Virus record (IMG/VR): IMGVR_UViG_3300043570_002364
Location: 2,245-66,244 of that record
Reading direction: 5' to 3' (one strand)
DNA length: 64,000 nucleotides
DNA from: a virus
Lineage: Duplodnaviria; Caudoviricetes
This document shows, piece after piece, positions 1-9,283 of the stretch (its first letter is position 1; every line of letters begins with the position of its first letter). Under the pieces are notes generated by a model that made no database searches, was not told the DNA's origin, and saw only the letters and a list, made by a program, of their open reading frames with translations. The position numbers and the translations under genes were made by a program.

Positions 1-549
1 GATGAAATTGAAGCCGAAATAAACAAATTGGCAAAGGCGCGCAAGCCTGAAATTTATTTAAATAATATTGAGTATGTAGCTACAAAAGTAAAAAGATATA
101 GTCAATTTACAGGGGCTAACATACCAATAAATTTGATTGAGGCCATGAAAATAACCGATAAAGATCAATATGCTGGTTATCAGGAAAGTAGAATTGAACA
201 GGCTAAACAGGCGCAAAAAAAGGCCGAAATTGAACTAAAAAAACGCCATGAGGAGGAGCTAGAAAAGTGGCTAAACTTTGAAACAAACCGTTTATACCTT
301 AATAATGGATCCGATTATTTACGCGTTAACCCTGAAAATGATCGTATTGAAACTACGCAAGCCGTACATATACCGAACGAAATTGCGCGTAGGTTATGGC
401 TATCTATAAAGGAAAATACTATAAAAGTAGGTGATAAAGTACTAAATTATAGTATTAATGAAGCCGGAAAACATATAAAAATTGGGTGCCATACGTTTAA
501 ACGCTCTTATTTGCTTGATTTTGGGGCTAAACTATATCAAACGGCATAA
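1..549 (+). CDS. hypothetical phage protein, 5'-truncated by the window edge
   Basis: The frame is open from base 1 (GAT GAA ATT GAA...), so the TTG at 28 is probably not the true start. Confidence 0.6.
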   Translation, partial: DEIEAEINKLAKARKPEIYLNNIEYVATKVKRYSQFTGANIPINLIEAMKITDKDQYAGYQESRIEQAKQAQKKAEIELKKRHEEELEKWLNFETNRLYLNNGSDYLRVNPENDRIETTQAVHIPNEIARRLWLSIKENTIKVGDKVLNYSINEAGKHIKIGCHTFKRSYLLDFGAKLYQTA

Positions 550-619
550 CATATCAAAAACATTAAATAACCTGAATATAGGGCTTAAAATAGCCCTGTA
601 TTCAAAAAAATTAAACATT

Positions 620-763
620 ATGAATATAACAGAATACCATTATTTACGAAACATTTTATTTGATGAATTAACAAAAAACAATATCATTAAAAATACTGAT
701 AAAAATTTTTCCCTTTTTGATGAAATATTGGGCAAATATTTAAATGTAAAATGGCAAAATTAA
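620..763 (+). CDS. small early hypothetical protein (likely start ATG 620)
   Basis: Preceded by the recurrent leader AAATTAAACATT-ATG. Confidence 0.55.
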   Translation: MNITEYHYLRNILFDELTKNNIIKNTDKNFSLFDEILGKYLNVKWQN

Positions 764-775
764 ACTTTAAACATT

Positions 776-964
776 ATGAAATATTATATTAAAATATGGG
801 AAACGGAGCTTAACAGGGATCAAGGGGAAAGCTATATTGCCGAAATTCTACAAGATGAAAATGAAGCAATTAATCAGGCTAAAAAATACCATTATAGGCA
901 AAATTATGCCTGTATTGAGGTAATCAATGAAAAAGATGAACTAATATTTGAATTTGAAAATTAA
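776..964 (+). CDS. small early hypothetical protein
   Basis: 62-aa ORF with TAAACATTATG leader. Confidence 0.7.
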   Translation: MKYYIKIWETELNRDQGESYIAEILQDENEAINQAKKYHYRQNYACIEVINEKDELIFEFEN

Positions 965-985
965 AACTTTAAAAAATTAAACATT

Positions 986-1255
986 ATGAGAAAAACAATT
1001 GATATAAATAATTACAGGTTTTACAATTCATTAATTGATGAAATTATGAATTACATTAATAGCCCTAAAATAATTAGGCGTATTAAGGCCAAAAAAGAAA
1101 ATGTACCTCATTTTACTTATGTTAGATCATGGGGAAATTATGGCGTAGAATTTAGAATAAACGGCAAACCTATAATGTTTTTTGAAACAGGCAATTGCAA
1201 TGGGTTTGAAAAAGCCACAATATTAGCTAAATACTTAAACAAAAAATTAAATTAA
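986..1255 (+). CDS. small early hypothetical protein
   Basis: 89-aa ORF with TAAACATTATG leader. Confidence 0.7.
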   Translation: MRKTIDINNYRFYNSLIDEIMNYINSPKIIRRIKAKKENVPHFTYVRSWGNYGVEFRINGKPIMFFETGNCNGFEKATILAKYLNKKLN

Positions 1256-1260
1256 ATAAC

Positions 1261-1512
1261 ATGAAACAAAATAAATATAACTACTACTTAGTTATTCAAC
1301 AAAATTACGGTCATGGATGGGAAGATAATAGCCATTATTTAGCAAAAAGTGATGGCACCCCAATTGAAAAAACTGATAAATTCAGGGAATTAAAATCTGG
1401 TACCAAAATACCAATTTCTTTATTTTCTCATGATCTAGCCGAATATAGGCTAACAGGATATAGCACTAGATACATTTTTAGAAAAGAATTAAACAATACA
1501 ATAAACAATTAA
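1261..1512 (+). CDS. small early hypothetical protein
   Basis: 83-aa ORF, tightly packed in the early array. Confidence 0.7.
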   Translation: MKQNKYNYYLVIQQNYGHGWEDNSHYLAKSDGTPIEKTDKFRELKSGTKIPISLFSHDLAEYRLTGYSTRYIFRKELNNTINN

Positions 1513-1525
1513 AAAACTAAACATT

Positions 1526-1846
1526 ATGGACAAGAAAAAACAAACAATTAGTTACATTAAAAAACTTATCAAAGAAAATGGTAACTTTTCAATTTCCGAA
1601 TTTGATGGTATTGCCTGTTTGCCAGCCGTTAATGAAATGGGTAAATTGGTGGCATTGGCTGAACATTTTTACGAGGATAATGTGGAAGTAAATATTTACG
1701 ATCCTAATAGTTTTACAGGTGATCCAATAGGCGATCCATACTATTTACCTTATGAGCAATTAAGCCCTGAATTATTGGCTGAAATTGAAGAATTATGCGA
1801 TTGTTGGGACGCTCAAAAAATGGAAACAAAAAACAATAACTTTTAA
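1526..1846 (+). CDS. acidic early hypothetical protein
   Basis: 106-aa ORF with TAAACATTATG leader. Confidence 0.7.
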   Translation: MDKKKQTISYIKKLIKENGNFSISEFDGIACLPAVNEMGKLVALAEHFYEDNVEVNIYDPNSFTGDPIGDPYYLPYEQLSPELLAEIEELCDCWDAQKMETKNNNF

Positions 1847-1865
1847 CTAAAAAAAATTAAACATT

Positions 1866-2126
1866 ATGAAACAAATTATTATTTACAAAATTAAAGATCA
1901 AGACGAAAAAAAAATTATTATTCATTACTACACATTAAAAGGCCTTAAAAACTATGTTTTAAACGAATTATGGGACTATTGGGCTGAAATTGGAGGTGAT
2001 GAAGCTAACGATTTCTCAAAAAAAGAAATTGAAGAAAGTGATGAATATTTATTTGCTTATTTAGATAGATGGGGATATAAGGTTGACAGAATTTTAATCA
2101 CTGATAATGAACGTATGTATTTTTAA
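1866..2126 (+). CDS. small early hypothetical protein
   Basis: 86-aa ORF with TAAACATTATG leader. Confidence 0.7.
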   Translation: MKQIIIYKIKDQDEKKIIIHYYTLKGLKNYVLNELWDYWAEIGGDEANDFSKKEIEESDEYLFAYLDRWGYKVDRILITDNERMYF

Positions 2127-2144
2127 AAAATTAAATTATTTATT

Positions 2145-2324
2145 ATGACCATTAAACAATTATGCCGTAAAAGAAACAAATTAGTAACTCTGGCATCAAA
2201 ATTAACAGGGGAAGAATTAAAAGCCGTTGAATTTGCTATTTATCTTATAGATGTCTATTTAGATGGAGATCTTGATGAAGATGCAACAAACCAATTAAAA
2301 ACTATTATTGAACAATTAAACTAA
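2145..2324 (+). CDS. small early hypothetical protein (59 aa, not in ORF track)
   Basis: ATG 2145 (MTIKQLCRK...) to TAA 2324; fills the gap between neighbours. Confidence 0.55.
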   Translation: MTIKQLCRKRNKLVTLASKLTGEELKAVEFAIYLIDVYLDGDLDEDATNQLKTIIEQLN

Positions 2325-2329
2325 ATTTT

Positions 2330-2527
2330 ATGCAAGATTTATTTGAAATGCCTGAATTGCTACCCACCCCAATAAAAGCTATTTTAAGCCGTTATAATGA
2401 CCTTGAAATTGAAAAAGGTATAGAATATACCGACCTTATCAATATGGGCAAGGAAATGGCTATTTATGGGTATGAATTTGAATTTTACCTTGACTGCATA
2501 CCTTACAACCTTAAAAAATTAAATTAA
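2330..2527 (+). CDS. small early hypothetical protein
   Basis: 65-aa ORF in the packed array. Confidence 0.65.
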   Translation: MQDLFEMPELLPTPIKAILSRYNDLEIEKGIEYTDLINMGKEMAIYGYEFEFYLDCIPYNLKKLN

Positions 2528-2532
2528 ACATT

Positions 2533-2736
2533 ATGAACGTAACAATCAACATTGTAGAATTAGCTAGTGAATTAGCTAGTTATGAATTAGAAGAAAACTG
2601 GTGCCAGTCAGTAGCTATTTGGGAAGGTGGCGAAGATGAAGAATGTACCAATTATACCGAAGAAGCGCAAGATATTTTTAACGATTTATATGATAAATAC
2701 TACGCTATTATTGAAAACACACAAATAAAACCATAA
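2533..2736 (+). CDS. highly acidic small protein (possible DNA mimic)
   Basis: 67 aa, very E/D-rich, TAAACATTATG leader; the mimic idea is from composition only. Confidence 0.6.
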   Translation: MNVTINIVELASELASYELEENWCQSVAIWEGGEDEECTNYTEEAQDIFNDLYDKYYAIIENTQIKP

Positions 2737-2777
2737 AAAATTAAACTTTAATTTGCTAAAAAACTAAACATTTAATT

Positions 2778-2966
2778 ATGAAAAACCCTTTAACACCTGT
2801 TCAAAAGATCAACAAACTAAAAGCTCAAATCAAGGCCTTAAATAGCCGTTTAATTGAGGGCAAAGCTCGTAATGTGTATGCACTACGCAATAAGATAGAA
2901 ACGCTTAAAAGCGATCTTAAAATTGAAATGGAAAACCATTATTGGGAAAACTACCTGTCAATTTAA
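2778..2966 (+). CDS. small coiled-coil hypothetical protein
   Basis: 62-aa ORF. Confidence 0.65.
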   Translation: MKNPLTPVQKINKLKAQIKALNSRLIEGKARNVYALRNKIETLKSDLKIEMENHYWENYLSI

Positions 2967-3037
2967 ATAATTAACTTAATTTATTTTGCTATAATCAAAA
3001 TAACTACTATTTTTACAAACTTAAAAAAAATTAAACC

Positions 3038-3175
3038 ATGATTAAAGCACCACTTATTTTGGTGGCTCAATTCTTGCACTTTACCCTCATTGGGTTGCCA
3101 TTGGCCATTACCCTTTACCTAACTGCTCACCTATTTTTTGAACTTAAAAGAATAATAAAATGGATAAAAAACTAG
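3038..3175 (+). CDS. small membrane peptide (45 aa, not in ORF track)
   Basis: MIKAPLILVAQFLHFTLIGLPLAITLYLTAHLFF..., long hydrophobic stretch, A-rich leader. Confidence 0.5.
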   Translation: MIKAPLILVAQFLHFTLIGLPLAITLYLTAHLFFELKRIIKWIKN

Positions 3176-3402
3176 ACACATTAAATATGCTTTGCGATAC
3201 TATGTATCGTATGTTTAAATCAGGGACTTTACCTTATTTGGATATGGAAGATTTTATTGTGATATGGCGATCACTGGCCGAACATTGGGATATTTATATT
3301 GATGATGACCAATGGGAAGAATTTACCGAAGAAATAAATTCGGTGGCTTCCAATAAATTCAGCGTTTTTCAGCCAATTTTTGACAAATATTTTAACAATT
3401 AA
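3160..3402 (+). CDS. hypothetical protein
   Basis: 80-aa ORF. Confidence 0.65.
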   Translation: MDKKLDTLNMLCDTMYRMFKSGTLPYLDMEDFIVIWRSLAEHWDIYIDDDQWEEFTEEINSVASNKFSVFQPIFDKYFNN

Positions 3403-3415
3403 ACCAATAACAATT

Positions 3416-3649
3416 ATGCAAAAAACAACAATGGAAATTCTCATTGACCAATTAAATAAAGAGATTAAAAAACACACTTTAGGTGGAGTTAAGTACTATG
3501 GGCTAATGCACGCGAAAAGTATGGCTGAAAGTCTTATAGATGATGAAGAAAAAGAATTAAAACAAGTTTTTAATGAAGGAGTAGCAAATCACCAGTCTTG
3601 GAGCCACGACAAATGGTTTTTTCATAAATATAAAGACACAAGAGAATAA
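3416..3649 (+). CDS. hypothetical protein (likely start ATG 3416), paralog of the next gene
   Basis: EEKELKQVFNEG resembles EELAIKQAFTDG in 3674..3931. Confidence 0.6.
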   Translation: MQKTTMEILIDQLNKEIKKHTLGGVKYYGLMHAKSMAESLIDDEEKELKQVFNEGVANHQSWSHDKWFFHKYKDTRE

Positions 3650-3673
3650 ATTAATAACAATAAAAACAAAACT

Positions 3674-3931
3674 ATGGAAACACCAATTACAAGGCTATTA
3701 AAGTCCTTTCAAAAAGCAATTGACTCAATGCCTGAAACACCTGATAATATAGTAAGGGAAACCACTACGGAATGTATGAAACTAGCTGAAGCATTTTTAC
3801 ACTATGAAGAACTGGCAATTAAACAGGCCTTTACTGATGGTGAACAAAATGTGTGGGATAGAGATATAAATGAGCACCAATTTGAATATTCCGGCAGGGA
3901 AGATTATTTTAATAAAAACTTTAAAAATTAA
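3674..3931 (+). CDS. hypothetical protein
   Basis: 85-aa ORF, similar to the preceding gene. Confidence 0.65.
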   Translation: METPITRLLKSFQKAIDSMPETPDNIVRETTTECMKLAEAFLHYEELAIKQAFTDGEQNVWDRDINEHQFEYSGREDYFNKNFKN

Positions 3932-3936
3932 CAATT

Positions 3937-4143
3937 ATGTCAAAATTTGAAATTGTAAAAGAAACATCTTTTACCGGCACCACGCTTTATTATATTGAAA
4001 AAGATGGCTCATACATCATGAACTCAGCCAGCATAGATTTAACTAAAGTTGAAGATTATCTTCATAATATAATAAAAAACAAAGAGCAAGAAAAATTTAA
4101 AGAAACAATAAAAACAATTGAAATTGAAAACGAAACAGATTAG
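3937..4143 (+). CDS. hypothetical protein
   Basis: 68-aa ORF. Confidence 0.6.
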   Translation: MSKFEIVKETSFTGTTLYYIEKDGSYIMNSASIDLTKVEDYLHNIIKNKEQEKFKETIKTIEIENETD

Positions 4144-4327
4144 CGTAAAAGAATATGCAGAAAAAATTAATCCTGATTATTTCAGGGCTAACAGGAAATA
4201 CCCTAACAACCCCATAACTCAACAAACTATTAAATATAGAATAAAGCACAATCTAGGGCTTCCTGAAGTGATAAAGTATAATAGAGTAGGTAAGGTGCAT
4301 GTTTTAAGCGTAAAGCATGATTTTTAA
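4118..4327 (+). CDS. putative small DNA-binding protein (excisionase/HTH-like)
   Basis: ISVKEYAEKI...ITQQTIKYRIK pattern; the start may be ATG-less or slightly downstream. Confidence 0.4.
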   Translation: MKLKTKQISVKEYAEKINPDYFRANRKYPNNPITQQTIKYRIKHNLGLPEVIKYNRVGKVHVLSVKHDF

Positions 4328-4344
4328 ACTAAAAAAAAATTAAA

Positions 4345-4575
4345 ATGGAAAAAACACACGAACAAATTTTAGGTACACCAGCAGAAACTCAATCATTTAG
4401 TACATTTGGGGAATTTACTGCATATGAAAGGCAAATTATAATTGCTGAATTATATCACAATGCTTGGTATGATCAAGAAAGGTTTGAGCAATTATATGAT
4501 TTATTTAATAAGTGGGAACAAAATCCTATAAAAGCAAAGAAATTCTTAAAGGAGGAAGATCGTAATGAAAAATAA
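4345..4575 (+). CDS. hypothetical protein
   Basis: 76-aa ORF. Confidence 0.6.
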   Translation: MEKTHEQILGTPAETQSFSTFGEFTAYERQIIIAELYHNAWYDQERFEQLYDLFNKWEQNPIKAKKFLKEEDRNEK

Positions 4576-4747
4576 ATACGAAATAGGACAGAATTATATT
4601 CTCAATTTAGAGAATGAAGCTTTGCGTGAAAAGGTTAAAAAATTAATTGCAGACTACAAAGAATTAAAGAAATTGTATGAAGAGAATAACAGGATTGAAG
4701 AAGGAATGGTACAAAATGACGGGTGTAATGCAATTATTCAAGAGTGA
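4565..4747 (+). CDS. hypothetical coiled-coil protein
   Basis: 60-aa ORF overlapping its neighbours. Confidence 0.45.
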   Translation: MKNKYEIGQNYILNLENEALREKVKKLIADYKELKKLYEENNRIEEGMVQNDGCNAIIQE

Positions 4748-4874
4748 TAAATTAATTAGGGAATACAAATTTCACACTGCACATGATAGAAGAAGAATGT
4801 TGAAAATATGGAACGCAGAAGTAAAACCAAACGGGATTGATAGCTATGAATTAGTAATAAAATTAGAAATATAA
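4677..4874 (+). CDS. hypothetical protein
   Basis: 65-aa ORF; last plus-strand gene before the convergence. Confidence 0.5.
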   Translation: MKRITGLKKEWYKMTGVMQLFKSDKLIREYKFHTAHDRRRMLKIWNAEVKPNGIDSYELVIKLEI

Positions 4875-5037
4875 AAAAAATTAATTAAGCGAAATAATAT
4901 CAATATCTCCATCCGGCAGCATATCTACTTCCTTAACCATTACAACCTCAATTCCTTTGAATTGATTAAGTACCTCCAACAAAGACTCGGCATAGACCAA
5001 TTTAGTTAGGTTTATGCCGTTTTTTTTGAAATATACT

Positions 5038-5436
5038 CTATATGCTTTCACTTGTAACGATTTGAGATTTGGCAAATTTCTTTTTAGCGTCCTCACACTT
5101 GCTATAAATGTACTGAACAAGGTATGCCTCATTCTCATCATTATCTACATCTAATTTAACGCCTCTTTTTGAGTATATAAAGTTCTTGGCATGTATTATC
5201 TCATGGAACATAAATTCAGTGGCAAATTTACCCTCATTTGGCAAACAAAGGTATATATCGTCCTTATATGTAAGACACATTGCAGCGGCAGTTTTTGCAT
5301 AGTTATCTTTATTTTCATCCAATTCAAATATTTTATCCGTAAGCATGTGGGACATCTTCTCAGCTACCATTATTTTCATAGTAACATAAAAGGTTGGTAT
5401 CTTATATGTATATGTCTTATATAGCTTCTGCTTCAT
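5038..5436 (-). CDS. small zincin-like metalloprotein
   Basis: FHEIIH (HExxH) plus downstream E..AY (NEAYLV). Confidence 0.6.
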   Translation of the reverse strand: MKQKLYKTYTYKIPTFYVTMKIMVAEKMSHMLTDKIFELDENKDNYAKTAAAMCLTYKDDIYLCLPNEGKFATEFMFHEIIHAKNFIYSKRGVKLDVDNDENEAYLVQYIYSKCEDAKKKFAKSQIVTSESI

Positions 5437-6022
5437 GACTTATTCTTTTGAATGTATAGCCACCCGTATGGTTTCTTCTGCCGCTTAAAACTGCCGATAC
5501 TTTGGTTGCAGTTACATTTAATTTCTCAGCGCAATCTCTAATACCTTCATATTGGCCTAAATAAGCCCCACCCTTGAACACTTGGATAAAACCTTTAAAG
5601 TTCTTACACCTAGAACCAGTAATGCCAAAAACAGGGTTCTTTTGCCCTTTTCTGTTTATTAATAGCTCCATTAAGGCATCACTATTCTTTCTTCCTTTGT
5701 TAACCTTGCTAATCTTATCTCTTGTTTCTTGGCTTGGGTTTATGGTTCCGTCCCCTCCATTAGTTAAATTAGCTAAAGTACCATTACCTAAATCAATTCT
5801 ACCGTACAATTTTATAAACTCAATTTCTTTTATTTTTGCTTGATCATAATTAATGTCATCAAATAGTATTTCTACCTCATAATCCGATTTGGCTATTATT
5901 TTTTTCCAAAGATTACTTCTTCTTGCTTTTTCATTGGCTCTTTTATTGGTCATATCACTTCCAACACCTATATAAAATGGTTCGTTTTTATCAAGTCTAA
6001 TATGTCTATAAACGTATGCCAT
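5417..6022 (-). CDS. GIY-YIG-like free-standing homing endonuclease with NUMOD-type DNA-binding tail
   Basis: YVYRH...FYIGVG N-terminus, E..FI..YG...L.NLT.GG, SQETRDKIS (NUMOD3-like) and a C-terminal HTH followed by GGYTF. Confidence 0.8.
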   Translation of the reverse strand: MAYVYRHIRLDKNEPFYIGVGSDMTNKRANEKARRSNLWKKIIAKSDYEVEILFDDINYDQAKIKEIEFIKLYGRIDLGNGTLANLTNGGDGTINPSQETRDKISKVNKGRKNSDALMELLINRKGQKNPVFGITGSRCKNFKGFIQVFKGGAYLGQYEGIRDCAEKLNVTATKVSAVLSGRRNHTGGYTFKRISHEAEAI

Positions 6023-7032
6023 TATAGTGAAACTTTGCCGTTTTTAATTCTATAATTTCTAAATTCGTAGTCTTGACCATTATCATCTAAATCAATTTCC
6101 GCAAAGCCATGATTCCATTTATTGAATGGCATATAATCGGGGTAAAGTTCCGATAAACATCCTATTGAATAAGTAGCTATTGACTCTCCTGAAAGACGCG
6201 ATTCAACATGGGAGGAAGTTTGATGGCAATGGCCTTGAAATGAACTTACTTTAGAACGTAAAAATAATCCTCTGGCAGGATTTACTGGTGCCGATATACC
6301 ACCAACATACTCATGCCCATGTACCCCCCAAAGATTATTTAATTTCATTGGTTTTTTACCACCAATTATTTCAATACCTCTTGCTCTAGCTTTAATAATA
6401 TTTGTAAATTCAAATTCTTCTATGCCTACTAATTCACCAGCTTTTTCGTAAAGAAAATGCTCATATCTTTCTTCGTGATTGCCTATTTTAAAATATATCT
6501 TGCACTTTAACTCCTTTTCAAAAATGTCAAATAATGCCTTGAACGTGTCCAATTCTAATTTAAAATTACGTTTTTTTGGATCTTTGATAAATCGGCTTAA
6601 ACGATGACAATCAATACTATCTCCATTCAAAAGTAAAGCATCAGGTTTACTTTTTTTAGCATGCTGTAAAGCCAATGTAATTGCTTCTATATTATGATAT
6701 GGGGCATGAATATCAGACAATACTAAAACTCTTTTATGCCCTTTTATTTCATATGGCTCAAATGCAGTTTCATCCGAACTTGGTAGGTTATAAGGATTTC
6801 TAGGCCTTTCTTTCTCCATAATAAATTCGGTTTCTTTCTTGCTTACGCCATTCCTCATTACATCTCCTGCTTTGCCTTCAATATATCTTAATGAATACCT
6901 AGCAGCTTCTTCATCTTTGAAAGATAATTTGTTCTCTTCGTACATTATCCTAGCCAATTTTTTTGTTGGCATTGTAAGATTTTTAGAACGATACTTTCTT
7001 GCTATGTTTGCGTTCCCATTTTTAAATGACAT
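6022..7032 (-). CDS. calcineurin-like metallophosphoesterase
   Basis: Motifs SDIH, NGDSID, GNHE, HGH, GHCH. Confidence 0.85.
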   Translation of the reverse strand: MSFKNGNANIARKYRSKNLTMPTKKLARIMYEENKLSFKDEEAARYSLRYIEGKAGDVMRNGVSKKETEFIMEKERPRNPYNLPSSDETAFEPYEIKGHKRVLVLSDIHAPYHNIEAITLALQHAKKSKPDALLLNGDSIDCHRLSRFIKDPKKRNFKLELDTFKALFDIFEKELKCKIYFKIGNHEERYEHFLYEKAGELVGIEEFEFTNIIKARARGIEIIGGKKPMKLNNLWGVHGHEYVGGISAPVNPARGLFLRSKVSSFQGHCHQTSSHVESRLSGESIATYSIGCLSELYPDYMPFNKWNHGFAEIDLDDNGQDYEFRNYRIKNGKVSL

Positions 7033-7036
7033 AAGT

Positions 7037-7543
7037 TTATATTAGGACAAAGTTATTTTTATCTACTTTGCCTGCGTTATGTAATGATTGCAATTCTGCA
7101 ACTGATTTACCGAATGTTTTTTGGAAGTGAGGAGCATCATTAAATTTCCAATCACCACCCCATTCGTAACCATATCTTTTAAAGATAGCTACAACTTCTT
7201 GCCAATCACTTTTGCCATCACCGTCAAAGTCTGTTTTTACATCCCAGCTAGCAGTTTCAAAAGTGCCGTTTTTATCTTTATCTACTAATAATACAATATC
7301 AATAGCTAATCCGTAATTATGGTAAGATTGTCCACCTTTAGCCTTTGTAACGATAGCCCCTGGCTTAGTTCTACCTTGTGCATATAACCCATCTTGCTCT
7401 GCAAAAGTTCTTAAAGTATAAGAAAAACGACAAGCTGCTGTACCAGTTAAGGCAGCAACAATCTCATCATACATTGTTAATGCTTCTTCTCTTAATTTAG
7501 GATGTAGGAGTTGTATTCTCTCCAGAGTTTTCTGATCTTTCAT
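7037..7543 (-). CDS. endolysin, M15 family (L-Ala-D-Glu peptidase-like)
   Basis: LRTFAEQDGLYAQGRT...SYHNYGLAIDI...WGGDW.F.DAPHFQ. Confidence 0.9.
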   Translation of the reverse strand: MKDQKTLERIQLLHPKLREEALTMYDEIVAALTGTAACRFSYTLRTFAEQDGLYAQGRTKPGAIVTKAKGGQSYHNYGLAIDIVLLVDKDKNGTFETASWDVKTDFDGDGKSDWQEVVAIFKRYGYEWGGDWKFNDAPHFQKTFGKSVAELQSLHNAGKVDKNNFVLI

Positions 7544-7763
7544 TGTTATTGTTTTTATTTTTAAATATTTTTTCTACTGCTGTTAAACCTAAGCAACCAA
7601 AAGCCAACAAAGCTACTGATTCTACTAGAATTGCACTGGGAGCTGTATGCTCTTCACTAAAACTATTGTGGTACATAGTAACACATAAAGATACCGTACA
7701 AAGCAAACCGCATATACGCTTCATACTTAATTGACCTGTTTCGTCACAAAAAAACTGTTTCAT
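7497..7763 (-). CDS. putative holin or small membrane protein
   Basis: Two hydrophobic segments, SMKR motif, adjacent to the endolysin. Confidence 0.55.
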   Translation of the reverse strand: MKQFFCDETGQLSMKRICGLLCTVSLCVTMYHNSFSEEHTAPSAILVESVALLAFGCLGLTAVEKIFKNKNNNNERSENSGENTTPTS

Positions 7764-8180
7764 TTATTTTATTTTATTTTGTAAATAAGATATTGTTTGA
7801 AATTGCAAAAATATTATTCCGACAAAGATGATTTTAGTGGCTTCGTGGAGCTTTTCTTTTTTCCAGACGCTTTTTTCTTCTCTGGTATAAGCTGCTCTAT
7901 TTGCTTCGTATTTCCACTTCCAATTAAAGAGGCTATCTTGCCTAATACGAATTTCTTGATTAATGCTATCATATTGTAATCTTTTTTGTGTAATTGAATT
8001 TTTTAAATCTATTATTGTATCGTTATAATTTTTATATAATAAATTAATAGTGTCAGCTTGAGATACTTTCATTATTACCACAGAATCACCCTTAAAAATC
8101 CTTTTTATTGGATATTGGGCTGATGTTGAAAGGTATAAGAGTATCAATACTAGCACTATCAAGCTTTGCTTTAATTTCAT
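7764..8180 (-). CDS. exported or membrane lysis-associated protein (spanin-like)
   Basis: N-terminal signal peptide, coiled coil, C-terminal hydrophobic segment. Confidence 0.45.
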   Translation of the reverse strand: MKLKQSLIVLVLILLYLSTSAQYPIKRIFKGDSVVIMKVSQADTINLLYKNYNDTIIDLKNSITQKRLQYDSINQEIRIRQDSLFNWKWKYEANRAAYTREEKSVWKKEKLHEATKIIFVGIIFLQFQTISYLQNKIK

Positions 8181-8424
8181 TTATCTCTGCTTTTAATTCT
8201 TTATTCTCTTGTTTCAAATCTGTTATTGTTTCAACTGCTTTCGTAACTAACTCTGTTTCTTTCTTGCTTGCTGCTTCTTGAACTTTTATACTAAATTCAT
8301 TTGTTTGGGCAACCTTTTTCATTAATGACTCAAACTCTTTATCCTTCTGCAAAGCATCTGATTCTTTATTTGCAATAGCAGGTACGCAACTCCAAAATAA
8401 TATGGTAATAATTAAATATCTCAT
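8092..8424 (-). CDS. putative lipoprotein (spanin-like)
   Basis: MRYLIITILFWSC lipobox-like N-terminus followed by a coiled coil. Confidence 0.45.
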   Translation of the reverse strand: MRYLIITILFWSCVPAIANKESDALQKDKEFESLMKKVAQTNEFSIKVQEAASKKETELVTKAVETITDLKQENKELKAEINEIKAKLDSASIDTLIPFNISPISNKKDF

Positions 8425-8720
8425 TTTAAATGGCTAATTTTACCTAATTGTTCTAACGTAGAAAGCTTAGTGCTAGCAACTGCTAAAGATGAATCACATC
8501 TTCTAAGTGCGCCCTGCATAATATCTACCTTATTATCTAAACTTTGTACCTTAACCGACTGAGAAGTGATTTGATCCTTGAATGTGCTTCTTACATCTAT
8601 ATATAAATAAGATATAGCAATTAGAACTAAAAATAAAGTTCCCACTACTGGATTTTTAGCAAATTCTTTAAAACTTATAGGCAAAGGATTTGCCACACTT
8701 ACTTTTTTACTTGTTGCCAT
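8421..8720 (-). CDS. single-pass membrane coiled-coil protein (lysis cassette)
   Basis: TM segment VVGTLFLVLIAISYLYI then coiled coil. Confidence 0.5.
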   Translation of the reverse strand: MATSKKVSVANPLPISFKEFAKNPVVGTLFLVLIAISYLYIDVRSTFKDQITSQSVKVQSLDNKVDIMQGALRRCDSSLAVASTKLSTLEQLGKISHLK

Positions 8721-8722
8721 TT

Positions 8723-9283
8723 TTAAAATAATTTTTTATATAAACCAAAACTAATTTGATTTGTGGTAAAATTCAATGTATAAACCTCTTTTTGCTTCTT
8801 ATAATTCAACCCAACTCCAACGCCAAGATTATTATCAAGCCTTCTTAAATCGCCTATAACGCCCACAAAAAGCTCATTCTTAGGCTTATGGTATATATCA
8901 TTGGTAATAACTATGGTTTTCTCTATAAAATGAGATCCATAACTCCTGCCAAATATTTTATTTTGTGAGATTGTATCTTGAATTGATACGTAATTATCCG
9001 TATTTATACGAAAAGTATCTGTATAAACTTTAATCTTATTGTAATCATTGACTATGTAAGTGGTATCATGTACCTCATCAATTTGGTATATTGTATCTAA
9101 AACAGCAAAAGGGATCGCATCCCCTTTCTTATATTGTCTTAATGTATCAACCTTGTAAAGTGTATCTATTTTGGTAACTATGGTGGTGGAAGTTCCAGTC
9201 CCAACATACTTGGGATCGCTAAAAACGAAAAATCCTAAAACGATTATTAATATTATTATTAACGAATTTTTAGCGTTGGCCAT
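8723..9283 (-). CDS. membrane-anchored spanin-like protein
   Basis: N-terminal TM, repeated D-T motifs, C-terminal beta-strands ending GLYKKLF. Confidence 0.5.
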   Translation of the reverse strand: MANAKNSLIIILIIVLGFFVFSDPKYVGTGTSTTIVTKIDTLYKVDTLRQYKKGDAIPFAVLDTIYQIDEVHDTTYIVNDYNKIKVYTDTFRINTDNYVSIQDTISQNKIFGRSYGSHFIEKTIVITNDIYHKPKNELFVGVIGDLRRLDNNLGVGVGLNYKKQKEVYTLNFTTNQISFGLYKKLF

